Of a stretch of DNA of 64,000 nt, positions 29,286 to 39,822 are shown piece by piece (position 1 is the first letter of the stretch; every line of letters begins with the position of its first letter). A program made the translations under genes and the position numbers. The notes beneath the pieces were generated by a model, which worked only from the letters and a program-made list of their open reading frames with translations, was not told the origin of the DNA and did not search any database. Origin of the DNA: Escherichia phage DCP80; the sequence record PQ671644.1; one strand, written 5' to 3'.

Positions 29286-30818
29286 ATGATTTTAGATATT
29301 TTAAATGAAATTGCTGCAACCGATTCCACTAAAGAGAAACAAGCTATCCTGGAATCGTATTCTGACAATGAAACCCTTAAACGCGTGTATCGTTTGACAT
29401 ATTCCAAAGGCATCCAGTTCTATATTAAGAAATGGCCTAAACCTGGGGCAACGACACAAAGCTTTGGTATGCTGAATATCGATGATATGCTTGACTTTAT
29501 CGAATTCACATTGGCCTCTCGCAAATTGACAGGTAATGCTGCAATCGAGGAATTATCTGGCTATATTGCAGATGGTAAAAAGGCTGATGTTGAAGTTCTT
29601 CGCCGTGTGATGATGCGTGACCTGGAATGCGGAGCATCCGTATCAATTGCGAATAAGGTTTGGAAAGGTTTAATTCCTGAACAACCACAGATGCTCGCTT
29701 CTTCCTATGATGAAGCCGGTATTGCCAAGAACATTAAGTTCCCGGCCTTTGCACAATTGAAAGCCGACGGCGCTCGGTGTTTTGCAGAAGTTCGTGGCGA
29801 TGAGTTGGATGATGTTCGATTGTTATCCCGAGCTGGCAACGAATACCTCAAGCTTGACCTCCTTAAAAAGGAATTGATTGAAGCTACCCGTGAAGCGCGT
29901 GAGAGACATCCTGAGGGCGTTTTGATTGACGGCGAGTTAGTATACCATGAACAGAAAGTAGCTCCCCAGAATGACGGTTTGGGTTTCCTTTTTGACGATT
30001 CAGATGAGATTGCTCCTGCAAAAGAAACCGCAGAATCAAGAACATTTTCGAATGGTATGGCAAACAAATCATTAAAAGGAACCATTTCTGCAACAGAAGC
30101 TTCTTGCATGAAATTCCAGGTTTGGGATTATGTTCCGCTGATTGAAGTCTATTCTGATGTTAAGATTCTCAATCCGTTGAAATACGATGTGCGTTTTGCT
30201 GTTCTGGAAAAGATGATTGCAGATAACGTGGTGTTGCATGGTTTCGACCGCATGATTCTGATTGAAAACCATGTTGTTAACAATCTCGATGAAGCGAAGG
30301 TTATCTATAAGAAATATGTGGATGAAGGTCTTGAAGGTATTATCCTTAAGAACATGGCATCGATTTGGGAAAACAAGCGCTCAAAGAACTTGTATAAGTT
30401 CAAAGAAGTAATTGACATCGCAATGGAAATCATTGGATATTACGAGCACGATAAAGACCCGAATAAGATTGGTGGTGTTGTGCTTCGTTCTTCTTGTGGT
30501 AAGATTACAAATAACTGTGGTTCTGGTTTTAAAGACACAACTCAAGTTAAAGATAAGAAAACCAAAAAATGGGTTACTATTCCGATTGAGGAGCGTCATA
30601 AACTAGACCGTGAAGCCTTGATGGTTAAAGCCCGCAAAGGTGAATTGGTTGGAATGATTGCTGACTGTGAATGCAATGGTTGGTTGACTTCCGAGACTCG
30701 TAAAGATAATACGGTTGCATTGTTCCTGCCGATTATCAAAGGGTTCCGTTTCGATAAAGACCATGCAGACACATTCGAAGATGTATTTGGTGACTGGTCA
30801 AAGACTGGACTAAACTAA
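29286..30818 (+). CDS. 30: ATP-dependent DNA ligase gp30
   Basis: Near-identical to T4 DNA ligase including adenylation lysine motif KADGARC; start at MILDIL. Confidence 0.92.
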   Translation: MILDILNEIAATDSTKEKQAILESYSDNETLKRVYRLTYSKGIQFYIKKWPKPGATTQSFGMLNIDDMLDFIEFTLASRKLTGNAAIEELSGYIADGKKADVEVLRRVMMRDLECGASVSIANKVWKGLIPEQPQMLASSYDEAGIAKNIKFPAFAQLKADGARCFAEVRGDELDDVRLLSRAGNEYLKLDLLKKELIEATREARERHPEGVLIDGELVYHEQKVAPQNDGLGFLFDDSDEIAPAKETAESRTFSNGMANKSLKGTISATEASCMKFQVWDYVPLIEVYSDVKILNPLKYDVRFAVLEKMIADNVVLHGFDRMILIENHVVNNLDEAKVIYKKYVDEGLEGIILKNMASIWENKRSKNLYKFKEVIDIAMEIIGYYEHDKDPNKIGGVVLRSSCGKITNNCGSGFKDTTQVKDKKTKKWVTIPIEERHKLDREALMVKARKGELVGMIADCECNGWLTSETRKDNTVALFLPIIKGFRFDKDHADTFEDVFGDWSKTGLN

Positions 30819-30822
30819 TAAA

Positions 30823-30841
30823 AGGGCTTCGGCCTTTTTTT
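30823..30841 (+). terminator. Terminator candidate after ligase
   Basis: AGGGC-TTCG-GCCTT hairpin with T-run. Confidence 0.55.
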
Positions 30842-30876
30842 CGTATAAATACATCATATTTTATAAGGAAAACAAT

Positions 30877-32754
30877 ATGACCGAATTATTGTCAGAGGTT
30901 TTTGAAGGGGAATCTAATATCCCGGCCATTAACCTTTCAAAGTCAAAAGTTCCACAGATTTGGAATATTCAGGTCCCTGGGAACGATAATCTTATTGCTC
31001 GTATGGTTTCTTACGCATCCGAAGGCGATGCTATCAAACAGGTCAAAACTGGTGATAAGTATGCTCACGTTATTTTGATGTCGTTAAATTCAAACGGTAC
31101 TCCAGCTATTCTTAAAGGGGGTCTTGGTGATAACCCGATTGGAGCAATTAAATCCATTTTTGATGTAGTTTACGAACAAGTAAAACTGATGAAAATGGAT
31201 GCAATTATGTTCCGCTTCCCGACCCGTAAAATGAAGGGGCAAGAACGAACCATTCAGCGTGTTCTTGCTCGACTTATTATGGCTCGCGCGGGTGGCCAAT
31301 TCAAAGTCCTGGATGATATGTATCAATACACAGGTAAACATACTTACGTATTGATTTATCGTAAATCCAAACCGATTGAATCTATCGCCGGAATTCCAGG
31401 CATCAACACTGAGCTATACACAAAAGTGGAATCGAAAGTTGGTGATGTTTATGTGGATAAAGCCAGCGGTGAAACTGTTACCAAAAATGAAGCTATTGCA
31501 GCATCCATTGCAAAGGTTGAAGAAAAACGTACAGACCAGGCAGTTGTTGTTAAAACCAAGTTTTCTAAACGCGCGGCTATTAATGCGTTGTATTCGGGGA
31601 ACGAACCAACTGGGCTTGCTAAATTCTCGCCAGAACATAAAGAGATTTATACAAAGCTCTCGACTACCAGCGCAGTGCATTCAACAGATGATGCCAGAGA
31701 AAGTCAGATAGCTAAAGCTTCGATAAAAGTAATCGACCGAGCAGGTGATGAATATGCAGATTATTTTGATTTAGTCGCGCAAGGCGATGTCGGTGAAGAT
31801 AAGACAAAAACTCGTGTAGCTATGGATGTGCTTAATGCTCTTAAAGAAGTCGGCATGGAACACAAAATAAGTGAGTTTTCGAACGTCCTGCGAGCCTCAA
31901 AGAATCCTGTTGATACATTGCGCAGGATTGCGGATATGTTGCTCGACGACTCCATTGTGGGGACCTGGGCTCGCGAAGATAAGACTAAAGAAGCTATTCG
32001 TATTATTGCGGATGAAATTTATACCAAGGCAATCCAACCGTTATTCCATATCTCCGATAACCCTGAAATAACCGACGACCAGGCCGAAGCAATTAAGGCA
32101 TATACTCGCGGAAAATATACTGCAATCAATAATTTCCTTTTAGGGAAAGCTGATGCAAAAGAAAGCGAAATCAAAATGATTTCCGATATGGATAAAGTGT
32201 TTGAAAACGGTGTTAAGCTTCCGAAAGGAACTATTATCTACCGTGCTCAAGTTATGCCAACTGACATGGCGATTAATTCCATCAAAAATAAAACGATGTA
32301 TCTTCCTATGTTTGCAAGTACATCTCTTGCGCCAAATATTTTTGGTCGTATGGGCCATACTGCAGCAAACCTTGACCCGAATGCATTATCAAGTGATATC
32401 GATGACGGGGCAATTGATGCAACTATTAAGAGTGCAACTGGTTCAGCAAAGCCTACAATCAAGATTGGTATGATTATCAAAGGTGCAGAAAATATCAAGG
32501 TAGTTATCCCTGGTGACTTGGCAAACTGGTCCGTTGAAACCGAAGTTATTCTTCCTCGTGGAACGATGCTTAAGATTGATAAGGTCTATGGTGCTACTGC
32601 TGGCATGATGGGTTCGATGGGTAAATACATTCTTGTTGAATGCTCTATCTTAGAAAATGACCAGATAGACGAATCAAATTCGCTTTTGAAAAAATATGAC
32701 AGAATCTCTTATGATTTGTCTATGGAAAAACTTGTACACCTTCTTAATTATTAA
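30877..32754 (+). CDS. alt: Alt-like ADP-ribosyltransferase (R-S-E type)
   Basis: 625 aa; C-terminal region has Arg (IIYRAQ), STS (MFASTSL) and ExE (VETEV) motifs; position after gene 30 fits T4 alt region. Confidence 0.65.
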   Translation: MTELLSEVFEGESNIPAINLSKSKVPQIWNIQVPGNDNLIARMVSYASEGDAIKQVKTGDKYAHVILMSLNSNGTPAILKGGLGDNPIGAIKSIFDVVYEQVKLMKMDAIMFRFPTRKMKGQERTIQRVLARLIMARAGGQFKVLDDMYQYTGKHTYVLIYRKSKPIESIAGIPGINTELYTKVESKVGDVYVDKASGETVTKNEAIAASIAKVEEKRTDQAVVVKTKFSKRAAINALYSGNEPTGLAKFSPEHKEIYTKLSTTSAVHSTDDARESQIAKASIKVIDRAGDEYADYFDLVAQGDVGEDKTKTRVAMDVLNALKEVGMEHKISEFSNVLRASKNPVDTLRRIADMLLDDSIVGTWAREDKTKEAIRIIADEIYTKAIQPLFHISDNPEITDDQAEAIKAYTRGKYTAINNFLLGKADAKESEIKMISDMDKVFENGVKLPKGTIIYRAQVMPTDMAINSIKNKTMYLPMFASTSLAPNIFGRMGHTAANLDPNALSSDIDDGAIDATIKSATGSAKPTIKIGMIIKGAENIKVVIPGDLANWSVETEVILPRGTMLKIDKVYGATAGMMGSMGKYILVECSILENDQIDESNSLLKKYDRISYDLSMEKLVHLLNY

Positions 32755-32762
32755 GGGTAAAA

Positions 32763-33152
32763 ATGTCTGAACAATTAAATGAACTCTTTGACAAATATAT
32801 CGAAGCCTTCGGTTATCCTGTCATTAATATGAATCCAAAATACAAGGTCCCGCAGGTTTGGCAATTCGGTGTTCCTGGGACCAATTCTCTTATGGCCCGT
32901 TTGATGCAATTCACGGGCAAAGAAACAGTTAAACAATATAAACGTGGTGATGCAATTGCCGAGGTATTCCTGCTCTCCGGGACTTCACACGGCCACGCTG
33001 TTCCTCTGAAGGGTGGTCTAGGTGAAAAACCTCTTGATGCAATTAACCTGATTTTTGTTACAGTCTGGGAAAGCATTAAACTAGGCAAACCTGATGTAGT
33101 CTTGTTCCGTTTCCCATCCAAAAAGATGAAAGGACAAGACCAAGCTGTTATT
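32763..33152 (+). CDS. Paralogue of the Alt-like N-terminal domain, truncated by N-run
   Basis: First ~120 aa align with N-terminus of the 625-aa protein (KVPQxW...PGxxxLxARM...LKGGLG...FRFP.KKMKGQ). Confidence 0.6.
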
Positions 33153-33268
33153 NNNNNNNNNNNNNNNNNNNNNNNNNNNNNNCAGTAAACTATTCCTGCA
33201 TAATGATGACCCCGGAGATTTGAAACTTTGATGTCACGGTCTGACACATTGAAATGCTTAATCATAAT

Positions 33269-33466
33269 TTATTCACCAAAATAAGAGATACGAACTGCCA
33301 GTACATGAGCATAAGCGCCCATCGCGTCTAGTTGTGCAATCAAAAGACCTTGTTGACGAGCATCGAGAGTTTCAAAAACACCGCCCTTAATAAATTCTTC
33401 AAGAGCATTGATTTTCAAAACCAGCTGGTCATGTTCTTCAACTGCACGTGCTTGGAAACCTAACAT
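33269..33466 (-). CDS. Hypothetical protein downstream of rIIB
   Basis: 65-aa ORF with GAGG RBS, preceded by GGGGC-TTCG-GCCCC hairpin. Confidence 0.45.
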   Translation of the reverse strand: MLGFQARAVEEHDQLVLKINALEEFIKGGVFETLDARQQGLLIAQLDAMGAYAHVLAVRISYFGE

Positions 33467-33499
33467 AAAGCCTCATTAGGGGCCGAAGCCCCGATTAAT

Positions 33500-34474
33500 T
33501 TAGAATTGTTCAGTTACATCATCAAGAACCAGGTAACCACAAACCCTCATCTTACTATCACCATAATCCACCGGGATGCTTACAACATCACGCGGGTGAA
33601 CTTTACAGGATACGATGCGGCCATCACCATGGCCAAAGCCACTTCCGATATAACCTTTAGAACAAACGTGCAGCCCAGTTGAACAGGTCTGTTCGTCATT
33701 GTCATTCACACGAGAGCGCGGCATTTTAACATATTGGCCAGGGCTGTTGTCGAATGTGTTTGAGTGGCAATCTTTGTAGGTTGAACGAACCATTTTCCAT
33801 GCGATGAAATGACCGTCTTCGGTGATTTCGATATCGTTTGCAACCAGGAAGTCAAACAAACGCTGTACAGCTTTCTCACTCGGGTTCTCAAGGAGATTCT
33901 CAAGGAACGGCAGATAGAATTCAAAGTCTTCGCCATTTTGCATTGAATCAATGATACGAGTAACCAGGCCGGAGCGCAGTTCAATTCCCTGATAGAACAG
34001 ACTACCACCTTCAATACGCACATCGCCTTTCACATATTTTTGTACTGCAGCTTTGATTGAAATAAACTCGATAGCATCTTCATAACGGAATTCAATCAAT
34101 GCCTGAATAATATCATCAAAGTGTTTATGGTCTTTTGTTGCGTTCCAGACTGTACGACCTTCAGTGATGGAAACGAATTTGCTTGATGCGTTCCATACGA
34201 TTTCTGGACGGCTGCCGCCGATTGTATCTTCAACAACCGGAACTTCAACCGTTACTGTCACTGGAGCATTAATCGCCACCCCGACAGCGGCTTTCAATGA
34301 TGCAGAAATGGTTTTAGCTAATTTTGATTCTTTATCATTTTTCAAAACGCGGCGAATGGTGTCAACGGACACAGCAAAATATTCTGCCAATTCAGGCTGG
34401 GTATAATTGCCAGTTGAATACATCTGGACCACATCAGCTTGTTCGGCTTTAGACATACATTTGATATTAAACAT
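33500..34474 (-). CDS. rIIB: rIIB protein
   Basis: 324 aa, MFNIKCMSKAEQADVVQMYSTGNYTQ... with conserved C-terminal half as in T4 rIIB. Confidence 0.92.
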   Translation of the reverse strand: MFNIKCMSKAEQADVVQMYSTGNYTQPELAEYFAVSVDTIRRVLKNDKESKLAKTISASLKAAVGVAINAPVTVTVEVPVVEDTIGGSRPEIVWNASSKFVSITEGRTVWNATKDHKHFDDIIQALIEFRYEDAIEFISIKAAVQKYVKGDVRIEGGSLFYQGIELRSGLVTRIIDSMQNGEDFEFYLPFLENLLENPSEKAVQRLFDFLVANDIEITEDGHFIAWKMVRSTYKDCHSNTFDNSPGQYVKMPRSRVNDNDEQTCSTGLHVCSKGYIGSGFGHGDGRIVSCKVHPRDVVSIPVDYGDSKMRVCGYLVLDDVTEQF

Positions 34475-34475
34475 A

Positions 34476-36710
34476 TTATTCCTTATTGGCCGCTTCCACG
34501 GCCTTCATGATTTGAGCAACGTTCTGTACTTGTTCAGTTGACATAGCGTTACGGTTATATAAAAAGTGTGAAACAATCGGGTGATTCTTTTCAAATTCAA
34601 AAACCATTTTATCGCTTGTTACCGAAGCGTTTTTGGTCAGGTCGTCATAAATCTTATTACAAAGGACCAGCGTTTCCTGCATGGTCTTATCAACCGTTCC
34701 ACTGTTATATGCGTTATAAGCAAAGAACTTATTGAACTGCATTAGTTCGGCATAGTCAGTATTCACATCTTTCTGAACATCTTTCGCATAAAAATACTTG
34801 AACATAAAATTCAGTTCTGCATATTCAGACAGGATAGGAATATAATAACGCGAACGGCTTGAAGCGGCAATGTACTGGTCCGCATCAACCGCATCAATCA
34901 ATTCCACATAACGATTGACTGCAGCTTCAATCAGACAATCACATTGCGCCAGCTTGGTAACCTTTTTCTGAAGCTGTGGACGAATAACACAGAATTCATT
35001 GATTTCCAACAGGTTTGCCAGTTTACACAATGTCTGGGTCCCGAAGGTCGTGGTGCCATATTCCTGATTCAACGGGGAAATGCTACTGCGGTTAATGAAT
35101 ACAGCATAACCATCGATTTCCTCTGCATCAGCTGCACATGTAAATTCTTCAACAGACTGCCATTTGCCATTAGTTTTAGTCCAACGAATCAATGATGGAG
35201 TCTTTGACTTAACGCGCGCTTTCGGGTCAGCAACCGGAATCCAGTCTTTTACAAGGGCAATCAGTTCAGATGTACGATAGATATTAACCGTATCGCCTTC
35301 AAATCGTTCCTGGAGTTGAACCATCAGACGTGTTTGAATTTCGCTGGTTGGGTCAACGAACAATAGACTACTACCTTGTACAGTCGGAACTTTACCAGAT
35401 GCTTTGAGCTTTTTGGCTTTCGCGCTGGTGTCATACAGCATTGAACTGATACCACGAATCATCGCAATTCGCCCTTTAGCATCGTCAATAACAATATTCA
35501 AGGTATCATTATGAATACCAAACATGCTTGTCAGGCTTGCAGTATTCGTGTTCGAGCTTGAGTTACGCAGACGTTTCAGACGGGTGGTGCTATAGATATC
35601 ATAGACAACCCCGGCATTAATAAGGTCTTTGTCCAGCTCAAACATTTCGTACATCTGGTTAAAAGTCAATTGTGATTTTGTAAATTTCGTTTCAGCATTA
35701 CGAGCTTTCAGAAAATTACGAGCTTCATAATTCAGATTCTGTAATTCGCGATACGTGTGGCGGATACATTCTGATTCCTGCCATTTCTTACAATCATCTT
35801 CCATAACTTTCTTATCAAGGGATTCAATACGTTCAACGATATTTGCGACCGTACGTTTGTCCAGCGATAATGCTTCACGAGAAGGAGCGATATCCAGCGA
35901 ACCCATCGGGAACTTAATAAAGACAACATCATTTTTGGCAGTCATCCAGGTTTTCTTTGTATAACCGTCGGCAATTGGATAAACAATTCCACCGTAAATT
36001 GCATAAAGACCATAACGTTCTGGGCTACTATAATTAATACGCTCTGGAGCATAATAATCATCAAATTCTGGGAAGTAATTAATTTCGCCTACGCCTTGTA
36101 CTTCAGCCAGTCCGGCAAATGGGCGCATGATATATGCAATCTCGTGGCGGAACTTACCAAAATCATTACTATCAACCGGGACAACAACTTCAATCCCCGT
36201 CCGGTCACCAGGTTTCATTGGTTCGCTAAAGGTTGGCTTAATCTGTGGGCCATCGCCGTCCATATAAGCGACATAACCATTAACTTGACCATCGTGATAT
36301 GAAATCAGGCTAAACGTCTCTGTATAACTAAACGGAGATTTAGAACCCAGACCAAAGCCACCAATAAAATCATTGGATTCTGCCTTGGATGATGCAAAGA
36401 AACTGTTATACAGACCTGGGGTATTTTCATCACCACGAATCTGGAAATCACTCATACCCGGACCAAAGTCACGACATACAAAACGTGGGTCCAGTTCACC
36501 AGGAGCTTGCACAATGAATTTATCCTGACAGCCATTGAGCATATGAGCATCAATCATATTGGTAATCAGCTCACGGACAACCGCGCGCACCTTGTTTGTA
36601 TAAAGGTCGCTGGTCAGAATCTTAAACACCTTCGGAGATGCCTGGATTGTGAATGCTGACGCCTTGGCACCATTACCAAGGATTGTTTCCTTTTCAGTTT
36701 CTAAAATCAT
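34476..36710 (-). CDS. rIIA: rIIA protein
   Basis: 744 aa, MILETEKETILGNGAKASAFTIQASPKVFKILTSDLYTNK... as in T4 rIIA. Confidence 0.92.
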   Translation of the reverse strand: MILETEKETILGNGAKASAFTIQASPKVFKILTSDLYTNKVRAVVRELITNMIDAHMLNGCQDKFIVQAPGELDPRFVCRDFGPGMSDFQIRGDENTPGLYNSFFASSKAESNDFIGGFGLGSKSPFSYTETFSLISYHDGQVNGYVAYMDGDGPQIKPTFSEPMKPGDRTGIEVVVPVDSNDFGKFRHEIAYIMRPFAGLAEVQGVGEINYFPEFDDYYAPERINYSSPERYGLYAIYGGIVYPIADGYTKKTWMTAKNDVVFIKFPMGSLDIAPSREALSLDKRTVANIVERIESLDKKVMEDDCKKWQESECIRHTYRELQNLNYEARNFLKARNAETKFTKSQLTFNQMYEMFELDKDLINAGVVYDIYSTTRLKRLRNSSSNTNTASLTSMFGIHNDTLNIVIDDAKGRIAMIRGISSMLYDTSAKAKKLKASGKVPTVQGSSLLFVDPTSEIQTRLMVQLQERFEGDTVNIYRTSELIALVKDWIPVADPKARVKSKTPSLIRWTKTNGKWQSVEEFTCAADAEEIDGYAVFINRSSISPLNQEYGTTTFGTQTLCKLANLLEINEFCVIRPQLQKKVTKLAQCDCLIEAAVNRYVELIDAVDADQYIAASSRSRYYIPILSEYAELNFMFKYFYAKDVQKDVNTDYAELMQFNKFFAYNAYNSGTVDKTMQETLVLCNKIYDDLTKNASVTSDKMVFEFEKNHPIVSHFLYNRNAMSTEQVQNVAQIMKAVEAANKE

Positions 36711-36717
36711 GTTTTTC

Positions 36718-36927
36718 TCACTTTATGCTACGTTTGATTAATTCTGCAACTTCAAGAAGTTCATCCTTTGTTGCGGTGTCTGAAGCTATTTTATTACGGA
36801 TTTCTTTGAAGCGTTCTTTAAACTCTTCGGCTTCTCTTATATCAAAAAATCGTTGGATAACGCGGTATTCTTTATGAACAGCTTTATCAAACAGTTCCAT
36901 ATTAACTTTGAAGTTCGTCATTTCCAA
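36718..36927 (-). CDS. Hypothetical protein in rIIA.1 position
   Basis: 69-aa ORF immediately upstream of rIIA; synteny only. Confidence 0.5.
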   Translation of the reverse strand: MEMTNFKVNMELFDKAVHKEYRVIQRFFDIREAEEFKERFKEIRNKIASDTATKDELLEVAELIKRSIK

Positions 36928-37134
36928 TCTCCTGTAATATTTTTCTCATACTACGCATGGTAGCTTTATGTTCTTGGTCATGGTATATCAATGCNNNNNN
37001 NNNNNNNNNNNNNNNNNNNNNNGACTATAAATTATGGAATCTTTCCGTTCTTTCTTACTGAAGTATTCTGGGTTAACAAAAGGCCAAAGACCTTAGAACC
37101 ATTATACACAGTAAAAATAAAAGCGTTAAAGGCA

Positions 37135-37195
37135 AAAAGTAGTGTACATAAAAGATGAATAGTATATAATGATTCCGTACTGAGTTATTCAATCG
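37135..37195 (+). promoter_or_regulatory. Early promoter cassette, family A
   Basis: GTGTAC 37142-37147, 17-nt spacer, TATAAT 37165-37170, ATTCCGTACTGAGTTA leader. Confidence 0.6.
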
Positions 37196-37217
37196 TCCGT
37201 AAGATGAGAAAAATATC

Positions 37218-37964
37218 ATGACTTTATCAAAAACCAAAACGCTGAAAGTTAAACGTCGTCTGGAACACACTCAAGCTTCCGCTAAACGTCGCGGTAAGGA
37301 CTTTAACCTGGATTTTGATTATCTGGTTAACATTCTTGACCAAAAAGTTTGTGCTTATTCTGGTGAGACATTTAATAACTCTATTGAAGGTGAGAAGTTA
37401 TCATTAGAGCGTTTTAACAATGATATTGGTTATATCAAGGGTAATGTTATTCCTGTTAAAAAGAAATACAATACCATGCGTTCTGATTGGACCCTGGATG
37501 AGCTTAAACAACGCCGTGATGATGTTGCTGTAAAAATTGCTCGCCCTTCTGCCAAGAAGATTGATAAGTTAAATCTGACTGCAGAGAAATGGGAACAGAT
37601 TAAAAAGTCATATACTCATATCAAGAACATCCAGCATAAACGTGATAATCGCGTTAAGCATTATGCTCAAATGAGTAAATCAGAGCAGTCCAAAGAAAAC
37701 CAATTAAAAATGGTTGCTCTGAAGGCTCGCATTGATGGTTCCCGTGTTGCGGAAGGTCATGAGCTTACTAAATTGAACGTTTTGCTCAAAGGCAATGACT
37801 GGAAAGTTACCAAGAAATTAACTGATGCTGAAACGCTTTTTGATTGCTATGATAAAATCATTCAAGGTCTTGAGCGTTTTGAGAAGATTGGTTTTATTGG
37901 TAAATTAAAACTGAAACGTGGTCTGCCTTTGAACGCGTCAATTTTTAAACTGATTAGAGGTTAA
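37218..37964 (+). CDS. Hypothetical protein (T4 srd position, similar size)
   Basis: 248-aa basic ORF upstream of dda.1-dda; synteny and size only. Confidence 0.5.
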   Translation: MTLSKTKTLKVKRRLEHTQASAKRRGKDFNLDFDYLVNILDQKVCAYSGETFNNSIEGEKLSLERFNNDIGYIKGNVIPVKKKYNTMRSDWTLDELKQRRDDVAVKIARPSAKKIDKLNLTAEKWEQIKKSYTHIKNIQHKRDNRVKHYAQMSKSEQSKENQLKMVALKARIDGSRVAEGHELTKLNVLLKGNDWKVTKKLTDAETLFDCYDKIIQGLERFEKIGFIGKLKLKRGLPLNASIFKLIRG

Positions 37965-37965
37965 T

Positions 37966-38265
37966 GTGATGTACTACGCATATGTGCTAGTCTACAAAGA
38001 TAAAGATGGTTTTGAACATCCATTGGAGTATGATGGAAAGGTGACCTTATACACCACAAAAGTGGGCGCAGAATATGAACTTGCCAACTATTCATATACT
38101 ACAAAACGCTATTTAAGTATGGGACGTATTGAAACACGGTATATTCCCAGAAAATGGTGGTTTGATAAGCGTGAAACAAAAACAGTTTTTCCTACTGAAG
38201 AACGTGCCCGCGAACTGAAATTAATTTTAGATACTTTATATGTTAAGCGAGTAAAATTGGCATGA
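37966..38265 (+). CDS. Hypothetical protein in dda.1 position
   Basis: 99-aa ORF coupled to dda start. Confidence 0.5.
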   Translation: MMYYAYVLVYKDKDGFEHPLEYDGKVTLYTTKVGAEYELANYSYTTKRYLSMGRIETRYIPRKWWFDKRETKTVFPTEERARELKLILDTLYVKRVKLA

Positions 38266-39590
38266 TTAAATTTGAAGACTTGAACACAGGACAAAAAGAA
38301 GCTTTTGATTATATCACTGAAGCTATTCAGCGACGTTCGGGGGAATGTATCACTCTGAATGGCCCAGCTGGCACAGGTAAGACCACTCTGACAAAATTTG
38401 TCATTGACCACTTAGTGCGTAATGGAGTTATGGGAATTGTGCTTGCTGCACCAACTCACCAGGCGAAAAAAGTTTTATCTAAATTGTCTGGTCAAACGGC
38501 GAATACAATCCATAGTATTCTGAAGATTAACCCGACCACATATGAAGACCAAAACGTTTTTGAACAGCGCGAAATGCCTGACATGTCAAAATGCAATGTT
38601 CTGGTTTGTGATGAAGCAAGTATGTATGACGGGGCTCTGTTTAAGATTATTCTTAACTCTGTTCCTGAATGGTGTACTATTCTTGGGATTGGTGATATGC
38701 ACCAGCTGCAACCAGTTGACCCAGGAAGTACACAACAAAAGATAAGCCCATTCTTTACGCATCCTAAGTTCAAACAGATTCATCTGACTGAGGTCATGCG
38801 AAGCAATGCTCCTATCATTGAAGTGGCGACAGAAATTCGTAATGGTGGCTGGTTCCGTGACTGTATGTATGATGGTCATGGTGTGCAGGGTTTTACCTCA
38901 CAAACCGCTTTAAAGGATTTCATGATAAACTATTTCGGTATTGTAAAAGATGCTGATATGTTGATGGAAAACCGGATGTATGCGTACACGAATAAATCAG
39001 TTGAAAAACTGAACAATATCATTCGCCGTAAGCTCTATGAAACAGATAAAGCATTTTTACCGTATGAAGTCCTGGTTATGCAAGAGCCACACATGAAAGA
39101 GCTGGAATTTGAAGGCAAGAAATTCAGCGAAACCATTTTTAATAATGGTCAGTTGGTTCGCATCAAGGATTGCAAATACACTTCCACAATTCTCCGTTGT
39201 AAAGGCGAATCGCACCAGTTGGTGATTAATTACTGGGACCTGGAAGTTGAGTCAATTGATGAAGATGAAGAATATCAGGTTGACCGCATCAAAGTTTTAC
39301 CAGAAGACCAGCAACCAAAATTCCAGGCATACCTGGCTAAAGTTGCTGACACATACAAACAGATGAAAGCCGCTGGTAAACGTCCAGAGTGGAAAGACTT
39401 CTGGAAAGCTCGCCGGACCTTCTTGAAAGTTCGTGCTCTTCCGGTCAGTACAATCCATAAGGCACAGGGTGTTTCAGTGGACAAAGCATTCATCTATACT
39501 CCATGCATCCATATGGCCGAAGCTTCATTAGCGAGCCAGTTGGCTTATGTAGGAATCACACGAGCGAGGTACGACGCATATTATGTATAA
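38262..39590 (+). CDS. dda: Dda DNA helicase (SF1B)
   Basis: 442 aa, Walker A GPAGTGKTT, near-identical to T4 Dda. Confidence 0.92.
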   Translation: MIKFEDLNTGQKEAFDYITEAIQRRSGECITLNGPAGTGKTTLTKFVIDHLVRNGVMGIVLAAPTHQAKKVLSKLSGQTANTIHSILKINPTTYEDQNVFEQREMPDMSKCNVLVCDEASMYDGALFKIILNSVPEWCTILGIGDMHQLQPVDPGSTQQKISPFFTHPKFKQIHLTEVMRSNAPIIEVATEIRNGGWFRDCMYDGHGVQGFTSQTALKDFMINYFGIVKDADMLMENRMYAYTNKSVEKLNNIIRRKLYETDKAFLPYEVLVMQEPHMKELEFEGKKFSETIFNNGQLVRIKDCKYTSTILRCKGESHQLVINYWDLEVESIDEDEEYQVDRIKVLPEDQQPKFQAYLAKVADTYKQMKAAGKRPEWKDFWKARRTFLKVRALPVSTIHKAQGVSVDKAFIYTPCIHMAEASLASQLAYVGITRARYDAYYV

Positions 39591-39822
39591 GGTACATAAA
39601 GAAGATTTAGATAATCTCATCTATGGTATTCAGGACGCGGTTGAATTTTTCGAAGATAATCCGACTATCGTCGTGCAGGGTAATTACGTTTTACTGGAAC
39701 TGAATCTTATTCGGAAACGTATGGCCGCGATTGAATATTTTAACAATGAAGAGCCAGGGATTTTTATCTCCGACTATGTTGCTGGTGAAATTCAGAAATT
39801 AAAAGAGATGTGCGATGATTGA
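39583..39822 (+). CDS. Hypothetical protein in dexA.2 position
   Basis: 79-aa ORF between dda and dexA. Confidence 0.5.
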   Translation: MYKVHKEDLDNLIYGIQDAVEFFEDNPTIVVQGNYVLLELNLIRKRMAAIEYFNNEEPGIFISDYVAGEIQKLKEMCDD

